A stretch of DNA of 64,000 nt from Octopus vulgaris (GCA_951406725.2 OX597818.1:25110001-25174000), one strand, 5' to 3'; shown: positions 1 through 12,141, counted from the first letter of the stretch. Notes: generated by a model not told the origin, from the sequence alone. Made by a program: numbers and translations.

Positions 1-322
1 AGAAAAAGTTTTCTTCAACATGTAGTAAAGAAATGCAGCAAAAAGATTAGCCACAACTAAACAGCTCAAAGAAAAAAGACCCACATAAAACATTAAACAT
101 GATCTGAAATGACTTTAAAATGTTAACAAATGAAATGTTTTGTTAACTTTCCCACTTCCTGTTTTGTATGTGTGTGTGTGTGTGTGTGTGTATGCATGCA
201 TGTGTGTGCTTGTATGTATATGTGCTTATGGATGGTGGTGATAAAAGTGGGAGAGAGACAGAGACAGAGGGAGGGGTAGATAGACAAATAGAGTGCATAT
301 GTGTAAAGAAAGATGTTCTTAC

Positions 323-499
323 TTCTTGCATGAACTCTAGGATCTTATTAAATCTGTCATTTTTAACATCATCACTATCTGTGGTTGTTTCTTTCTCAAA
401 CTCATTACAAATTGTCTTCATCAAAGTATACTGATGTTTATAGTTCTCAATCAACTTCTTGTCTGTCTTTCCAGAATTTTCCTCTAGCCATTTAGGATA
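323..499 (-). CDS. PEX19: PEX19 internal coding exon (C-terminal mPTS-binding domain), 177 bp, phase 0-0
   Basis: Minus strand tttacag|TAT...GAA|gtaaga. Translates YPKWLEENSGKTDKKLIENYKHQYTLMKTICNEFEKETTTDSDDVKNDRFNKILEFMQE, matching human PEX19 YPEWL...KYQEQHSVMCKICEQFEAETPTDSETTQKARFEMVLDLMQQ as recalled. Confidence 0.95.
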
Positions 500-622
500 C
501 TGTAAAGAAAAGTATTATTTCAATAGAACACTGGAAATATGTCTGATATTCAGAACTCAAAACTGATACACATTAATATGAATTTGCATAGATAGATTTG
601 AACTGTTTCTTTTATAATCAAA

Positions 623-1351
623 CTAACAGAGATACCTGGCATTGCTCGGGATTAATAATGGTATAGTTTATATATATATATATATAACGTTAGCATGGAA
701 AACGGACGTTAAATGATGATGATATATATATATTACAGTTATGTTTAAACAGGTGATACAGGCAAGTGTAGCATTGATGGCAAAACATTTGTGGAGTAAA
801 TTTTAAAGCTTTGCATAAATGACAATTTGAGTTTAGCATACCAATTTGGAGAGAATTATCATTTTTATAAGAATGGGATGGATCATATCTGGAAGCAGCT
901 CCAGGTGTTGTAAAGAACGAATTTGTATGTGGTCTGTTTCTGAGAGCTATTATCTTGGAACTCTGTGTAATCTGGCATGCTAAATTTTTTTTAATGATTC
1001 AGTATTAAGTGCTGCAGCATGCCATTGCTGATCTTGAGAAAGTCTCATCACCCTTCTATCTTGAGATTCCATCAGATGTGCTACAGCATTCCTTTGCTGA
1101 TGTTCAGAAAGTCTCTTCTTCTTTCTCTCTTGAGATTGTATTTGACATGCTGCAGCATATGTTCGGTGATCTTTGGAAAGTGTCATGTCCCTTCTGTACT
1201 GAGACTCAATCTGACGTGCTCCAGCATGCCTTTGCTGATCTTGAGACAGTTTCATGTCCCTTATCTCTTGAGACTCTCACCTTTGGTTTTCTGCACTCCT
1301 CCTTGCTTTATAGGTGTTTCTGGAGAGATACGTTTTTTTCTTTGGTGGCAT
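623..1351 (-). mobile_element. Internally deleted Helitron remnant in a PEX19 intron
   Basis: Minus-strand decayed ORF starting MPPKKKR. It has 66-bp (22-aa) repeats (LSQDQQRHAxARQIESQ) and RYDP...IGMLNSNCHLCKALKF, typical of the N-terminus of animal Helitron RepHel. The 3' end cccgagcaatgccagg...TTAG at 623-650 closely resembles the Helitron end at 49882-49909. Confidence 0.75.
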
Positions 1352-2045
1352 AATTTTTCAATATTCTAAACCAAAAATTATGAACATAGAAGAAAATTAA
1401 TCTCTATTTTTGTAAGCAGTTGCATGTATGTAGTATGTCTGTATTTTTGTATGCAGTGTAACTTAACTAAATATAAGCATATTGTAACTACCTAAATATA
1501 CGCATATTGTAACTACCTTGCAACTGCTGCAATAATTATAAACTGTTAATTGAATGACAGATGTGTATTTTGATATACTTTGGACTTGCCACCTAATTGT
1601 TTTTTGTCAAGAGTTTCACCTCCAGCCATTCTCGTCACATATGTATATGTACGTGTAGATGTATGTGTGTGTTTAATAACATATGTAACAAAAGCACAAA
1701 CACACACACTCAGACGTTCATATACAAAATTTAACTTCCATATACAACTCAACATTAGGACTTATCATAATGGCTTCTTCTATGAGACACTTGTGAAGAT
1801 TGTAGCAATATCACATCTCTTGTGGCACATTTTTATAGGTTTATTGTCGAACACCACATTCTCATAATATAACCACAAAAATATATACAATATCTTTTGC
1901 TTCTTTATTGTACAAAACCTAGGCATCACATACATGCATATATAATGTTCTTCCTTTGCTAGAATAGCATATTCTTTACAGAAAAATCAGTTACAGTCTT
2001 TCAGTTTCTCAAAATATTTACAATATTGCAAGAAAGGAAGTTTAC

Positions 2046-2243
2046 CTTTTGAGAAATTTCTTTCAAGGAGGGATACAAAACTTCCTTTGATAAAAGGGTT
2101 TTCATCATGTTTTGCATGACAGGCAGAATATCTGGATTGTTCCCACTGCTGCCACTGCTATTCCCTCCACCATCAATGCCTCCTCCTGGGTTTAGGCCAA
2201 GATTGTTGAATGCTTGATTTAGACCCTCTTCATTTAACTGATC
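2046..2243 (-). CDS. PEX19: PEX19 internal coding exon, 198 bp, phase 0-0
   Basis: ttttcag|GAT...AAG|gtaaa. Translates DQLNEEGLNQAFNNLGLNPGGGIDGGGNSSGSSGNNPDILPVMQNMMKTLLSKEVLYPSLKEISQK, containing the PEX19 signature ILPxMQxxMxxLLSKxVLYPSLKEI. Confidence 0.96.
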
Positions 2244-2527
2244 CTGAAAAAGAAAATCCAGTTTTCTTTTTTAAATGCTTCTGAAAGTGAAATGCAATGC
2301 ATACAAAAGTCACAAGAAAAGTTCCACTTCAACACCAAATGTCTTTTTTTTTTTTAGCTGTGGTTTGGTTATTTGTCAAAATATACTATTAATAAAATAG
2401 AAAATTAAAAATAAATAATATGAATTTAAAAAGCCTTTGAACAATTTTGAAAGAGTAAAAGATGAAAATTTTGGTAAAGTTTAAAGAAAAATTTATTAAG
2501 TATTTCATACATATCCCTTTTTAATGC

Positions 2528-2910
2528 ATGCGTAGCTGTGTGGTTAAGAAGTATGTTTCCCAAAAACATGATTTTGGGTTCAGTGTTTTCTACTTTAGCC
2601 TGGAGTCAACCAAAGCCTTGTGGATTTGGTAGAGGGAAGCTGAAAGAAGTCTGTTTTGTGTGTGTGTGGGTATATCTCCTTGTCTTGACATCATGTGATA
2701 GTTGTAAATGAATGCCATTGTTATACAAATAGTGTCATTCATTTCCAATGTTCTGTAAGAATCTTTTTGGCCATAGGGAAAATATTACTTTGTTTTGAAA
2801 TAGGTGAGGGTAGGTAACAGGAAGGGCATTCAACCATAGAAAATCTGCTCCAATAAACTCCTTCCAGCCCATGCAAACATAGAAAAGTGGGTGTTATAAT
2901 GATGATAATA
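2528..2910 (+). mobile_element. tRNA-derived SINE with CORE-like body, (TG)n spacer and RTE-type 3' tail
   Basis: Head gcgtagctgtgtggttaagaag...gggttcagt. Tail ggaagggcattcaacc...cccatgcaaacatagaaaagtgggtgttataatgatgat, shared with RTE 3' ends in the window. Confidence 0.75.
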
Positions 2911-3682
2911 GCAATGCATCTTTTTGTGAAATGAAGAAATGAAATCTATTTCATAATAGCTTTGCATTTTGCAAAGTACTATCACCTGGAATCTTGGAAA
3001 AAGTCTATCAAAGAAAATTATTTCAATGACACATCAACTAACCTCTTCCACCTTCACATCACTGTTTCTCCTCAGAAACTTATCATCATCCTTATTTACA
3101 AATTTGGCCTTTACTTCTGTATCTTTAGCTCACTTTGGACATAGCCTCATACTCTTATCTACACTACAAGCCTGATTGATTCTTAACTGCCAGTCCTAAG
3201 CAGATCATGCACAGCAAAAGAAAATATACTTCAGAGAAACAACTAAAAATGAAGTGGACAAGATCATTTAGGCATAGTCAATGACAATTTCCAAGCTTTC
3301 AAGAATCACAAACTTAAGATACAGAAATTGTTTATCGGGAAATATCCAAATGAATAAAACAAAGCTTTCAAAGTCTGAAATGTGTTGCTCACTAACATCA
3401 GCAGACAATATTTTATCAACAGCCAAATCTACTGCAAGATAATGAAAGCAGAGTTCAATATTCTTTGATTCATTGTCAACATCTCACCAGCTTTGAACCC
3501 TAATCTATTCTTCCATTTTCACCAAAGTTAATTTTATCAAAGGCTTGTACTTAAACTTTCAAAATATATTACTGAGAGAGCTAACATTCTGTGAAGAACC
3601 ACTGCAAAATACTTTAAGCCTGCCTCAAATAGAAAGCCTAAGGACATCTCCAGAAAATCGACTGCCCACTTACTATTAATAA

Positions 3683-3810
3683 GTAGGTCACCTTCCATCT
3701 CTTTGAGGTCAATAAAATAAGGTATCAATCAAGCAGTGAAGTCAATGGTATTAACTAGATATCTCTCCTCAAAATTGCTGACCTTGTATCTAAACTGGAC
3801 ATTTTTATTT
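3683..3810 (-). mobile_element. Degraded partial SINE (family of 7765-7970 and 26870-27088)
   Basis: ggtcaccttccatctctttgaggtcaataaaataaggtatc reads as the reverse complement of the central domain written at 26950-27000. The copy is diverged, so boundaries and orientation are approximate. Confidence 0.35.
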
Positions 3811-4182
3811 AGTCAGAATAAGAGAGAAATCATCCAAAATCTTGGGAGACCTTAGACTGGTAAGATTTATGCATTTAACGTTCAGCTTGAACTTCTTTTG
3901 ATTGGTGTTTGTAAGGGAAAAAGTAGGAAGGAAGGAGAATACCATCAAAGTGCTGTGGTTATGGGTGGCAGTGACTGAACAAAGTCTTTAGTATTTAATA
4001 AGATACAGTAAGATTAATAATAGAGGAGAGGTAAGTGCTTTGGTTGGGCTTCAGCAGAGATGGTATACAACTCATGAGTTCAGAGAAAAAAGCATGACAC
4101 CAGTCTTTTCATGAATGAGTGTATATCAAGCAAACAGATGGTTTCAGATGTGCAACATCAACAGCACATCCCAGATATCCAT

Positions 4183-5930
4183 AATTTTATGGAATGGTTG
4201 GGTTTTACCTGTTATTAAATTAAAATTAGCATCTAAATAATTAACATTATAGTTCTCTTTATATATAGTAATACCTAATCCATATCTTTTATTGATGCTT
4301 TCTTCTAATTTTAAGATTTTCCAAAAACACGCACCTTATTATAATGAAGCCTTGTGGGAGGCAGGATATAATAATAGTATCAAATTCATTAATAATTATA
4401 AATATGATTATAATATAAAAGATTATAATATAAATGATTCCTATGATATTTATAATAATAAAACTAATATTAAGAATTATTATAAGTTTTTATTTAGTTA
4501 ATTATGGTTTTAATAATAGGTATTATGATAATACAAAAAATAAATCTAATAATAGACTAAAAGATAAGAATAAATTTAATTCGTTAAATGAATTAAATTT
4601 AATTAAATGATAATAATATAATAAATAAAAATAATGTTAATAATAAGAACAAAATTTGGTTAATTATTCCTTATGGGGCTCAAGTCAAAACAAACATTAT
4701 TAAAGAGATATTAAAACTAATTGAAGTATTCATTATAGATAAAAAATATAAGTTTTTCTAGTAATAATTTTGGAGTTGGTTATTCTATACTAATAATGTT
4801 GGTAACATTTCTTCTTTTAATAGATTTAAGCTTAGTAAGTTTTACAGTAACAAATTAAATAATTATTCCAATAATAATAAAGACCAGAATATAATTAATT
4901 GTACATGTAGAGATAAGACAAAATTCAAATTTAAAAATAAATGTAATTTGGATGATGTAGTATATAAATGTGTAGTGACTTTGATTGATGATAATATTAA
5001 TACAAATAGTTATAATTTAAATGTGATTTACGTGGGGTCGATTTCTAATAAAATTAAGGGTGGCTCAACACATGCATTCGTTTAAGAATAAAACATTGAT
5101 TAATTTTACTGGCCTTAGCGAATATATATGGGAATTGAAATCTAAAGGAATTAAGTATAATTTAAATTGGGAGATAGTTTGTAAAGCTAAATTTTATCGA
5201 ATAGGTAATAATTTTTGTTTACTATGTACAAATGAATTTATGGAGATATTACTATCTAATAATAAAAATTTAATTAATTTCCAAGATGAGTGAAAAATTA
5301 AATGTAGACATAAGTTAAATTACTTACATAAGTTTAGCTAATTTGTGTATATATTTAACCCTGATTTATGTTATTATTTTTTGTAGTTATAATTTGTAGT
5401 AGTATAATGAGTATAAATTAGCAGTAGATTATGAAGTGTATATTACATAATTAGAATAGGATTAAACCAAGGTGTTTATAAAATAAATAAATAAATTGAT
5501 GAATATAGATTAAGTTATCGAAATTTAGTTTATTTTATGTATTTTATGTATTTTAGTTTTAAATTATTGAGAACTTAGAATTTTTTTTTCCAGTAAACTT
5601 ATTTCTCTAATTTTGTCTTAGATTGGCTCTCAGATTTTTCAATTCTATTTTACTACTATCAACATTTGCTGTCTCGTTAAATTATGCCACACAAATCCCC
5701 AAAGAATATTTTTCTCCCTCATGTTCTGACCATTACCCCCCCTCTCTCTCTCTCGCTTTCTTTTTCAATTACCACTCGCCTTGCCAAGACTTCCTCCACC
5801 ACCACCCTATATAAACTAGCACACACACTCAGATTCTGTGAACTATAAAACAACTTTTTTCAACTTAGATACTGGAAAAATTCACAACCTTCTGCATTAA
5901 TAAACCACTATTGTTCCTAATAGTTGTTTT
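4183..5930 (+). mobile_element. 5'-truncated Penelope-like retroelement (RT C-terminus, Asn-rich linker, GIY-YIG endonuclease, AT-rich 3' region)
   Basis: HAPYYNEALWEAGY, CTCRDK, VVYKC...IYVGS, LSEYIWELKSKGIKYNLNWEIV, CLLCTNE. Homologous to the copy at 49059-54460. TATA-like CTATATAAAC near 5807. Confidence 0.85.
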
Positions 5931-6014
5931 CTATATTTTCTTCAGATTGCTTGAAGCTCACTTATCTCCTACATTTTGATACTTGAATCTTATCTTTTAA
6001 GAAAAAAAAATTAC

Positions 6015-6100
6015 CTGTAATCCTTCTGCATTTTGGGCTAAACTACTTAGTGTTTTAGCAAGTGTGTCTGCAAATTCCTTTTGGGCCTCAGGAGAATCAC
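6015..6100 (-). CDS. PEX19: PEX19 internal coding exon, 86 bp, phase 1-0
   Basis: tttcag|GT...CAG|gtaa. (G)DSPEAQKEFADTLAKTLSSLAQNAEGLQ versus human GSDMTSQQEFTSCLKETLSGLAKNATDLQ. Confidence 0.93.
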
Positions 6101-7160
6101 CTGAAATAAAATTGTTACATTATTTCTTGTAAAAAGAGGGCACATTCAATAAAAAATTATTTATCCTATTATAATTGTCATCACCTTTCAATTTTATAAT
6201 AAAGCAGTAATGGCAAATGGAATTAGTCTTTTAATCCTGTTGAATGAAATTTAATTTTCTCAACTACAAGATATTTTAGTGGTTTCTATTCATAGGGAAT
6301 GTTCACATCTTGTAGGTGGGTGTGTTGAGATTGACTGTTTTATCATGTATAGAGTTAATATAATTCAATAGTTTTAATTACATTACATTGACTGGTCCTG
6401 AGTATGTATACTTTTAATGAAACAACATAGTATTCTAAATAGTTAGAAACTAAAATTGGATGTTAGTTTTGGTAGTGATGCTTGCTTAAAGTTACTTGAA
6501 CAAATTCTTCTAGTCTTCTCTTGTATCTTCAGCCAAAAAATTGCAAGATGTCATGAATCAATCTTATTGAATTTAGCCCAGATGTACTAGAATGTCTGCC
6601 TACATATGCTAGGTGTAATAATTTGTGACAACCCATTATAAAATCCCAATACTTTCAACATAGGTAATATTTCATCATAAATACTTCTGCATTAGGATCC
6701 AAAAACATTTTATTTTTGTAAAACTACTAAAAAAAAAAAGAAAAAAAAGCATATTGCTTGAGAATTCTGCCAAATTTCATCCAAACTGAAGACTATATCC
6801 AGAAAAAAGTCTTGTTAGAATAACTCACGTTCATAACCCACACCATGAAGTTATATCATCCCTGAGCTTCTTTAACTATTATTACCATGATTTCAACACC
6901 CATGAACTTAGTCATTTTAAGTTACTTTCACTTAAACCAATTTAATGTCCTCTGTTCTACTTATTGCCCTTATTAGTCTTGCTCTCAAATCACATACTAA
7001 AACTTTACTTAGTTTCTTCCCCCAAATCATTCAATATTGGAAAAATCCCTCTAGATATCAACCGGTGCCCTAGCAAGGCTGCATCATTATTGAAAGATGA
7101 ATATGAAAATATGAGAAAATATTAAAATAAAGTATTTAACTGATAATTATCCATACTTAC

Positions 7161-7362
7161 CAGCAGATTCTGCTGCTTTGGCAAGGATTTCGATGTTTTG
7201 TATAAGTACAGGGTCTTCATTAATGAAAGAATGCATAGCTTCATCAAGCTGTTCAGCTAGATCCCTACCTGCCGTATCATTTCTTCTTTCAGAATGAGGC
7301 AAGTTGGGACTATTAAATGGAGTAGACATGTATGAAGCTGATGAAGACGATTGGAGGACATT
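7161..7362 (-). CDS. PEX19: PEX19 internal coding exon, 202 bp, phase 0-1
   Basis: tcttcag|AAT...GCTG|gtaagt. NVLQSSSSASYMSTPFNSPNLPHSERRNDTAGRDLAEQLDEAMHSFINEDPVLIQNIEILAKAAESA; the C-terminal half resembles human EFEKAMKELAEEEPHLVEQFQKLSEAA. Phase-compatible with both neighbours. Confidence 0.88.
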
Positions 7363-7467
7363 CTGAAGATGAAATTAAACACTACTTTAAGTCATCTTAG
7401 AAAGACAAAACAATTTTAATATCAAAGACAACATTTGGATGTCACAGAATTTATTTTCTGCTTTTAA

Positions 7468-7502
<35 letters not shown>

Positions 7503-7764
7503 GTACATCTATGAAAAGGACAAAACATATAAGTAAAGTTTGCACAATAATCAATGTTAAGTTTGACCATATGAAATATGTCTAAATATAAATAAATGGT
7601 CAGAAAAAACAATCCCATAATAAAGTAATATTAGGTATAAACGTCTACAGATACAAGGAGTGTGATACAAAAGAAGTAGTAAGATAAGTACTTTGATTAA
7701 TCCTGATTTGGAAGAATGGATATACAGATTTGACAGGAGCAGTACTCACTGAAGTAATTGTTTC

Positions 7765-7970
7765 AAATTTTGGCACAAGGTGAGGAATTTTAGAGGGAGC
7801 GGATTAGTCAATTACATCGACCCCAGTGCTCAACAAGCACTTTATTTTATTGACTCCAAAAAGATGAAAGGCAAAGTTGATTGGTGGAACTTGAACTCAG
7901 AATGTAAAGAGCCAGAGTAAATTCCACTAAGCATTTTTCCAATGCTCTAATGATTCTGCCAACTTGCCAA
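7765..7970 (-). mobile_element. tRNA-derived SINE (second family)
   Basis: Minus strand ggcaagttggcagaatcattagagc...ttctgagttcaagttcc (A/B-box-like), then aactttgcctttcatc...gtcaataaaataa. Homologous to 26870-27088. Confidence 0.7.
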
Positions 7971-8525
7971 ATTGAGTCTGTGACTTAGTTTCAATTCCTG
8001 GTTGAGCTAATTAATTACATGTACATCAATAATATAGTAGATACATTATAAAAGAATCACAATTCCATCCCACACCTATAAAATTGAAACGTGCCTATAT
8101 AGGAAGGAAACTAATTTTAGTATAAATACAAGAAACAATTTAATGATGACTTTTTTATATAATACTTACATAGTAAAATTTGCAACCTAAACAACATAAT
8201 TCTTCTTTTAATGAAAACCACTGTCATGCTGTTGACAATAATTTTCTATTGGCAGATCTTGATTGATCCTCTTTCCTCTGATTAACTATCTTTGGTTAGA
8301 TAAAACTCTCAAATCAGATTTTTTACTAGGCTCATTGGCTGGAAGATTTATCACAAATTTAGAACATTTCATCAATCGATTCTTAACATTCATCTGCACC
8401 ATGGGCCTCTATCTTAAAATGCTGTTGCTATCTTCTATAGATTTTCCATGCTAATATGAATTAGATAAACACCCAGGGACTGTTTTCAAATCCATTATCT
8501 TCGCTTCCATGGTTACATGGTTATA

Positions 8526-8716
8526 TCTTAATATATAAAACAGAGTTTGTGTGTGTATGCGTAATGATCCTTATGGACTTGAAAACTGAGCTGCCGATTT
8601 TGATGTATGAGGTATCAAAAGATTCAGTAATCTTTCAGCTTTTGCACAACTCTTTTTTACTACAAAAATAACCTCAAAAATGACATCAGGTCGCGCAAGG
8701 AAAGCGACTCTGCTAG
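8526..8716 (+). mobile_element. Short non-autonomous Helitron (~190 bp)
   Basis: 5' a|TCTTAATATATAAAA. 3' hairpin GTCGC(8690-94)/GCGAC(8704-08) followed by tctgCTAG. No TSD; the next base is A rather than the usual T. Confidence 0.65.
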
Positions 8717-8756
8717 ACGCAATACTCAATTTAACACACAAACACACACATAATAG

Positions 8757-8905
8757 GTGCAAGAATGACTGTGGTTGAGAAGTTTGCTTCCCAACCACAT
8801 GGTTCCAATTTCAGTTCCTCTGCATGGTACCTTGGGCAAGTGTTTTCTACTGTAGCCCTAGGCCAACCACAGACTTGTGACTGAATTTGGTAGACAGAAA
8901 CTGCA
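8757..8905 (+). mobile_element. tRNA/CORE-like SINE, head only
   Basis: gactgtggttgagaagtttgcttcccaaccacatggttcc...ggtaccttgggcaagtg...gaatttggtagacagaaactg, same head as 2528, 16299, 20690 and 46205. Confidence 0.7.
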
Positions 8906-9378
8906 GTATTGTTTATCAGAAAGTGACCAAAAGACATATTTATAAAGAAGAGTTGTTTGTTTCATACTCCTTGTGTACCAATTCTACCCATAAGAAAGGA
9001 ACAAATAAAACAATGTGACTGTAGGCCATAACACCTGGGCACTGCCTGGGTGCATTGCTTATATATATACATATATAATTGTGCAAATATGTTATCTTTA
9101 AGACAGGATGTTTTACATTGGTTTGATATTGTTTCATATATTTCTATAGGGTATAGGCATATATGTACACATATGGCATGCTTGTGGGGAAAATGTTGGC
9201 AAGACATGTCACATGAATGAAGCATCATTAATGATAAATGCAATGTAGAGCAATAAAATGAAATACAAATATATAAAAAGAACAGGCATTTATGAAGCAA
9301 TGAAAAATGACTGCCTAAATACTGCCAATATATACGCTAAACGATGATGATGATGATATATATATATATATATATATA

Positions 9379-10107
9379 GTTTGGATTAACTATATTCTCT
9401 TCCCCCCTCCCCTCTTCTCCTCACTACACCACATGACTTTACACATCACATCACATATGATGTGCCATACTAATACACACACCAACTAATACATACTAAT
9501 ACGTACTAATACATACTAGTACATACTAATACATACACCAACCCTATACATACACACGTCCAGACCCCGCATACGCACTTATACTCTCTCATACACACAC
9601 ACACACACTTATACATACCAATACGTACTAATACATACTAATACATACTAATACATACACCAACCCCATACATACGCACGTCCAGACCAATCCTACGCAC
9701 TAATACTCTCTCATACACACACACACACACACCCTTATACATACTAATACATACACCAACCCTATACATACACACATCCAGACCCCTCCTACGCACTATT
9801 AGCTGGTCCCTCAACCCTTTTATCAACCCTATTATCTCCCCTTATTTCGCTCTCGCGTCTCATGTTTGATCTTTGACCTCTGGCCGAAATCAGATCGCCA
9901 TGTTGATTCGTTAGCTACTGCACGCATTTTTTTTCTCTCCTTCTTTCTGTGTTTTTCTCTCTCTGTGTATCTTTCTGTTGAAGAGCGTAGGCTCGAAACG
10001 TTAAAGACTTGTTTTATTTATATTTCCTGAGCGCCATACTAATACAATTGTTCGTTTGTTTTCCACCTGCCTTCGTCTTTTGTTTATTTTCATAAAGCTT
10101 CCCGTTA
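9379..10107 (+). mobile_element. Non-coding element with internal ~120-bp tandem repeats and a 3' hammerhead-like motif (probable Penelope-derived pLTR-type element)
   Basis: Bounded by (TA)n. Three copies of catacaccaaccctatacatac...tccagacc...acgcact at ~9520-9800. Hammerhead-like fold at 9970-10007. Confidence 0.55.
9970..10007 (+). ncRNA. Minimal type-I hammerhead-ribozyme-like motif (variant core)
   Basis: TCTTT-CTGTTGAA-GAGC(GTAG)GCTC-GAAA-CGTT-AAAGA: stem I TCTTT/AAAGA, stem II GAGC/GCTC, palindromic minimal stem III ACGT. Core has U in place of A6. Confidence 0.55.
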
Positions 10108-10218
10108 TATATATATATATATATATATATATCTATATATCATCATCATCATCATCGGACGCTAAACGATGATGATGATGATGATGATATATAGATATAT
10201 ATATATATATATATATAT

Positions 10219-11386
10219 AGTTAATTCAAACAAGAAAACACAAAAAAAAAACACCAACGCGAGGACGTGGAACAAATAAAGTATTATTGGACGCTCAGGA
10301 AAGAAGGGAAGGGGGGGTTTCTTCGTTGGAAACAAAGGAGAAGGAAAGATCCCGAGAAGGGAAGACAGAGGAAAAAAATTGCTGGCGGTGCTCACGAGCT
10401 CACATGTTGAAAGAACGGAAGTTGAAAGGTAGACAAATCAAGTTTTTCAAAGACAGGAGAGTTTCACAGACAATATGGTAAGGACCAGGAATGTGTGTGG
10501 GTGTGTGCGTGCGTGAAGGTCTGCGGGTGCGCGTGTGTGTGTATGTGTGCAATGATGACACGTGTGTGTGTATGTGTGCAATGATGACGTGTGTGTGTGT
10601 GTGGGTGGGTGCGTGTGTGTGTGTATGGCGAACAACAGGCAGTAGCAGGCCGGTTTGTAAGAATAAGGAGTGATTTTTGTGTCCAGCACAGGTCAAAAAC
10701 AAAGAGGTATGTGTGTGTGCATGTATGTACATGTATCGTGTGTGTGTGTATGTGTAGAGTTTGGGTGTGTGGCGAGTAACTGTACTTAACTTAGTGTATG
10801 TGTGCGTGTATGGGATGTATGTGTGTGTATGTATGTGCGTGTAGTTGTGTGTGCATGTATGTGTGTGTGTACGTATGTGTATGTGTACGTATGTGTATGT
10901 GTGCGTGCGTGGGTAGGTATAAATTGTGTGTATGTATATGTGTCGGTGTGTATGTGAATTTGTGTGTGTTTGTACGTGTGTATGTGTGAGCGTGTATAGT
11001 ATATATATGTAAATGTGTATGCGCGTGTGTGTACGTGCGTGCGAGTGAATATATGTATATATGTGCGTGTGTGTACAAATGTAGAGGTTTATATGTGTGT
11101 TTATATGTTTATATGTATGTATATAATATGTATGCAAGCCTATGCTTTATAATTGAAAGATTGATGGGAAAAAAATGGTGTGAGTGTATGTGAATCCACA
11201 GGCACACACACACACACGCTGACGCACGCCTGCAATAAGCCAACCCCATATGCATATATGTATGTATGTGTGTATGTATGTATGTGTGTGTATGTATGTA
11301 TGTATGTATGTGTGTGTATGTATGTGTATGTATGTATGTATGTGTGCATGCGTGTATGTGTTTATGTGTGTGTGTATGTATATGTA

Positions 11387-11421
<35 letters not shown>

Positions 11422-11580
11422 ATTATGTGTGTGTACGTATGTATGTGTGTGTGTGTGAATGTATGCGCGTGTGTGGGGGGTTGGAGTTGTGTGGGCGTAA
11501 TGTACATGCGCGTGCTTACGTGCGTGTATGTGTGTGTGTCTCTGCTAGTGTTTATAAGAGTGTGCGTATCTGCATGAGTA
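10219..11580 (-). mobile_element. Related non-coding element in inverted orientation with long (TG/TA)n low-complexity body
   Basis: Minus strand tttcctgagcgtccaataatac...ttgttccac matches tttcctgagcgccatactaatac...ttttccac at 10023-10066. The hammerhead region is reduced to tttccaacgaagaaa, lacking stem II and GAAAC. Confidence 0.5.
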
Positions 11581-11627
11581 TTATATATATATACATACAC
11601 ATGTATATATATAAATAGATAGACATA

Positions 11628-12141
11628 CAGGATGTTCCAGAGTTAACTATTTCAGTGAAATCTGACAATTTACTAAAAAAAAAAAAAACTTACTTTTATT
11701 TATGTTTATCATGTTTAATATGTGTTAAAAGTGTATAAACATTTAATTTTATTTATATTTTTATAATTTTATTTTCATTCCTTTTGAATCCCACTTATCT
11801 GTCCATGACAGTTTTTATTTTTTTAAATTTAATTGCAATCCTTTTCTCTACATCCATCCTCAGGCTAGAACAATAGTTTAGCTGAACTTAAAGATTGCAT
11901 TCAGTTAGTAGTGCAGAAGATAACCCCTGAAATGCTTCAAAATGTGTTTTGCAATGCTAAGGATAGGTTCAAAATTTGCAGGGATACAGGCCACATTGGA
12001 AATTTTCAATAAAGTTTTGAAATAGGATTTATAAATCTATTTGTTCTGGTAATATAATTAAGTAATAAGCATAAAATTCTGTCAGTTTTTTTTACATTTG
12101 CTCGATTTCATGAAATAGATAATTAATTCTGGGACACCCTG
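11628..12141 (+). mobile_element. Internally deleted Tc1/mariner-superfamily element (MITE-like, 514 bp)
   Basis: TA|CAGGATGTTCCAGAGTTAA ... TTAATTCTGGGACACCCTG|TA: TIRs with TA target duplication. Internal transposase C-terminus NSLAELKDCIQLVVQKITPEMLQNVFCNAKDRFKICRDTGHI. Confidence 0.8.

Noticed and set aside
10400-11618. His/Thr-rich and Val/Cys-rich ORFs
   Set aside because: (TG/CA)n low-complexity artefacts.
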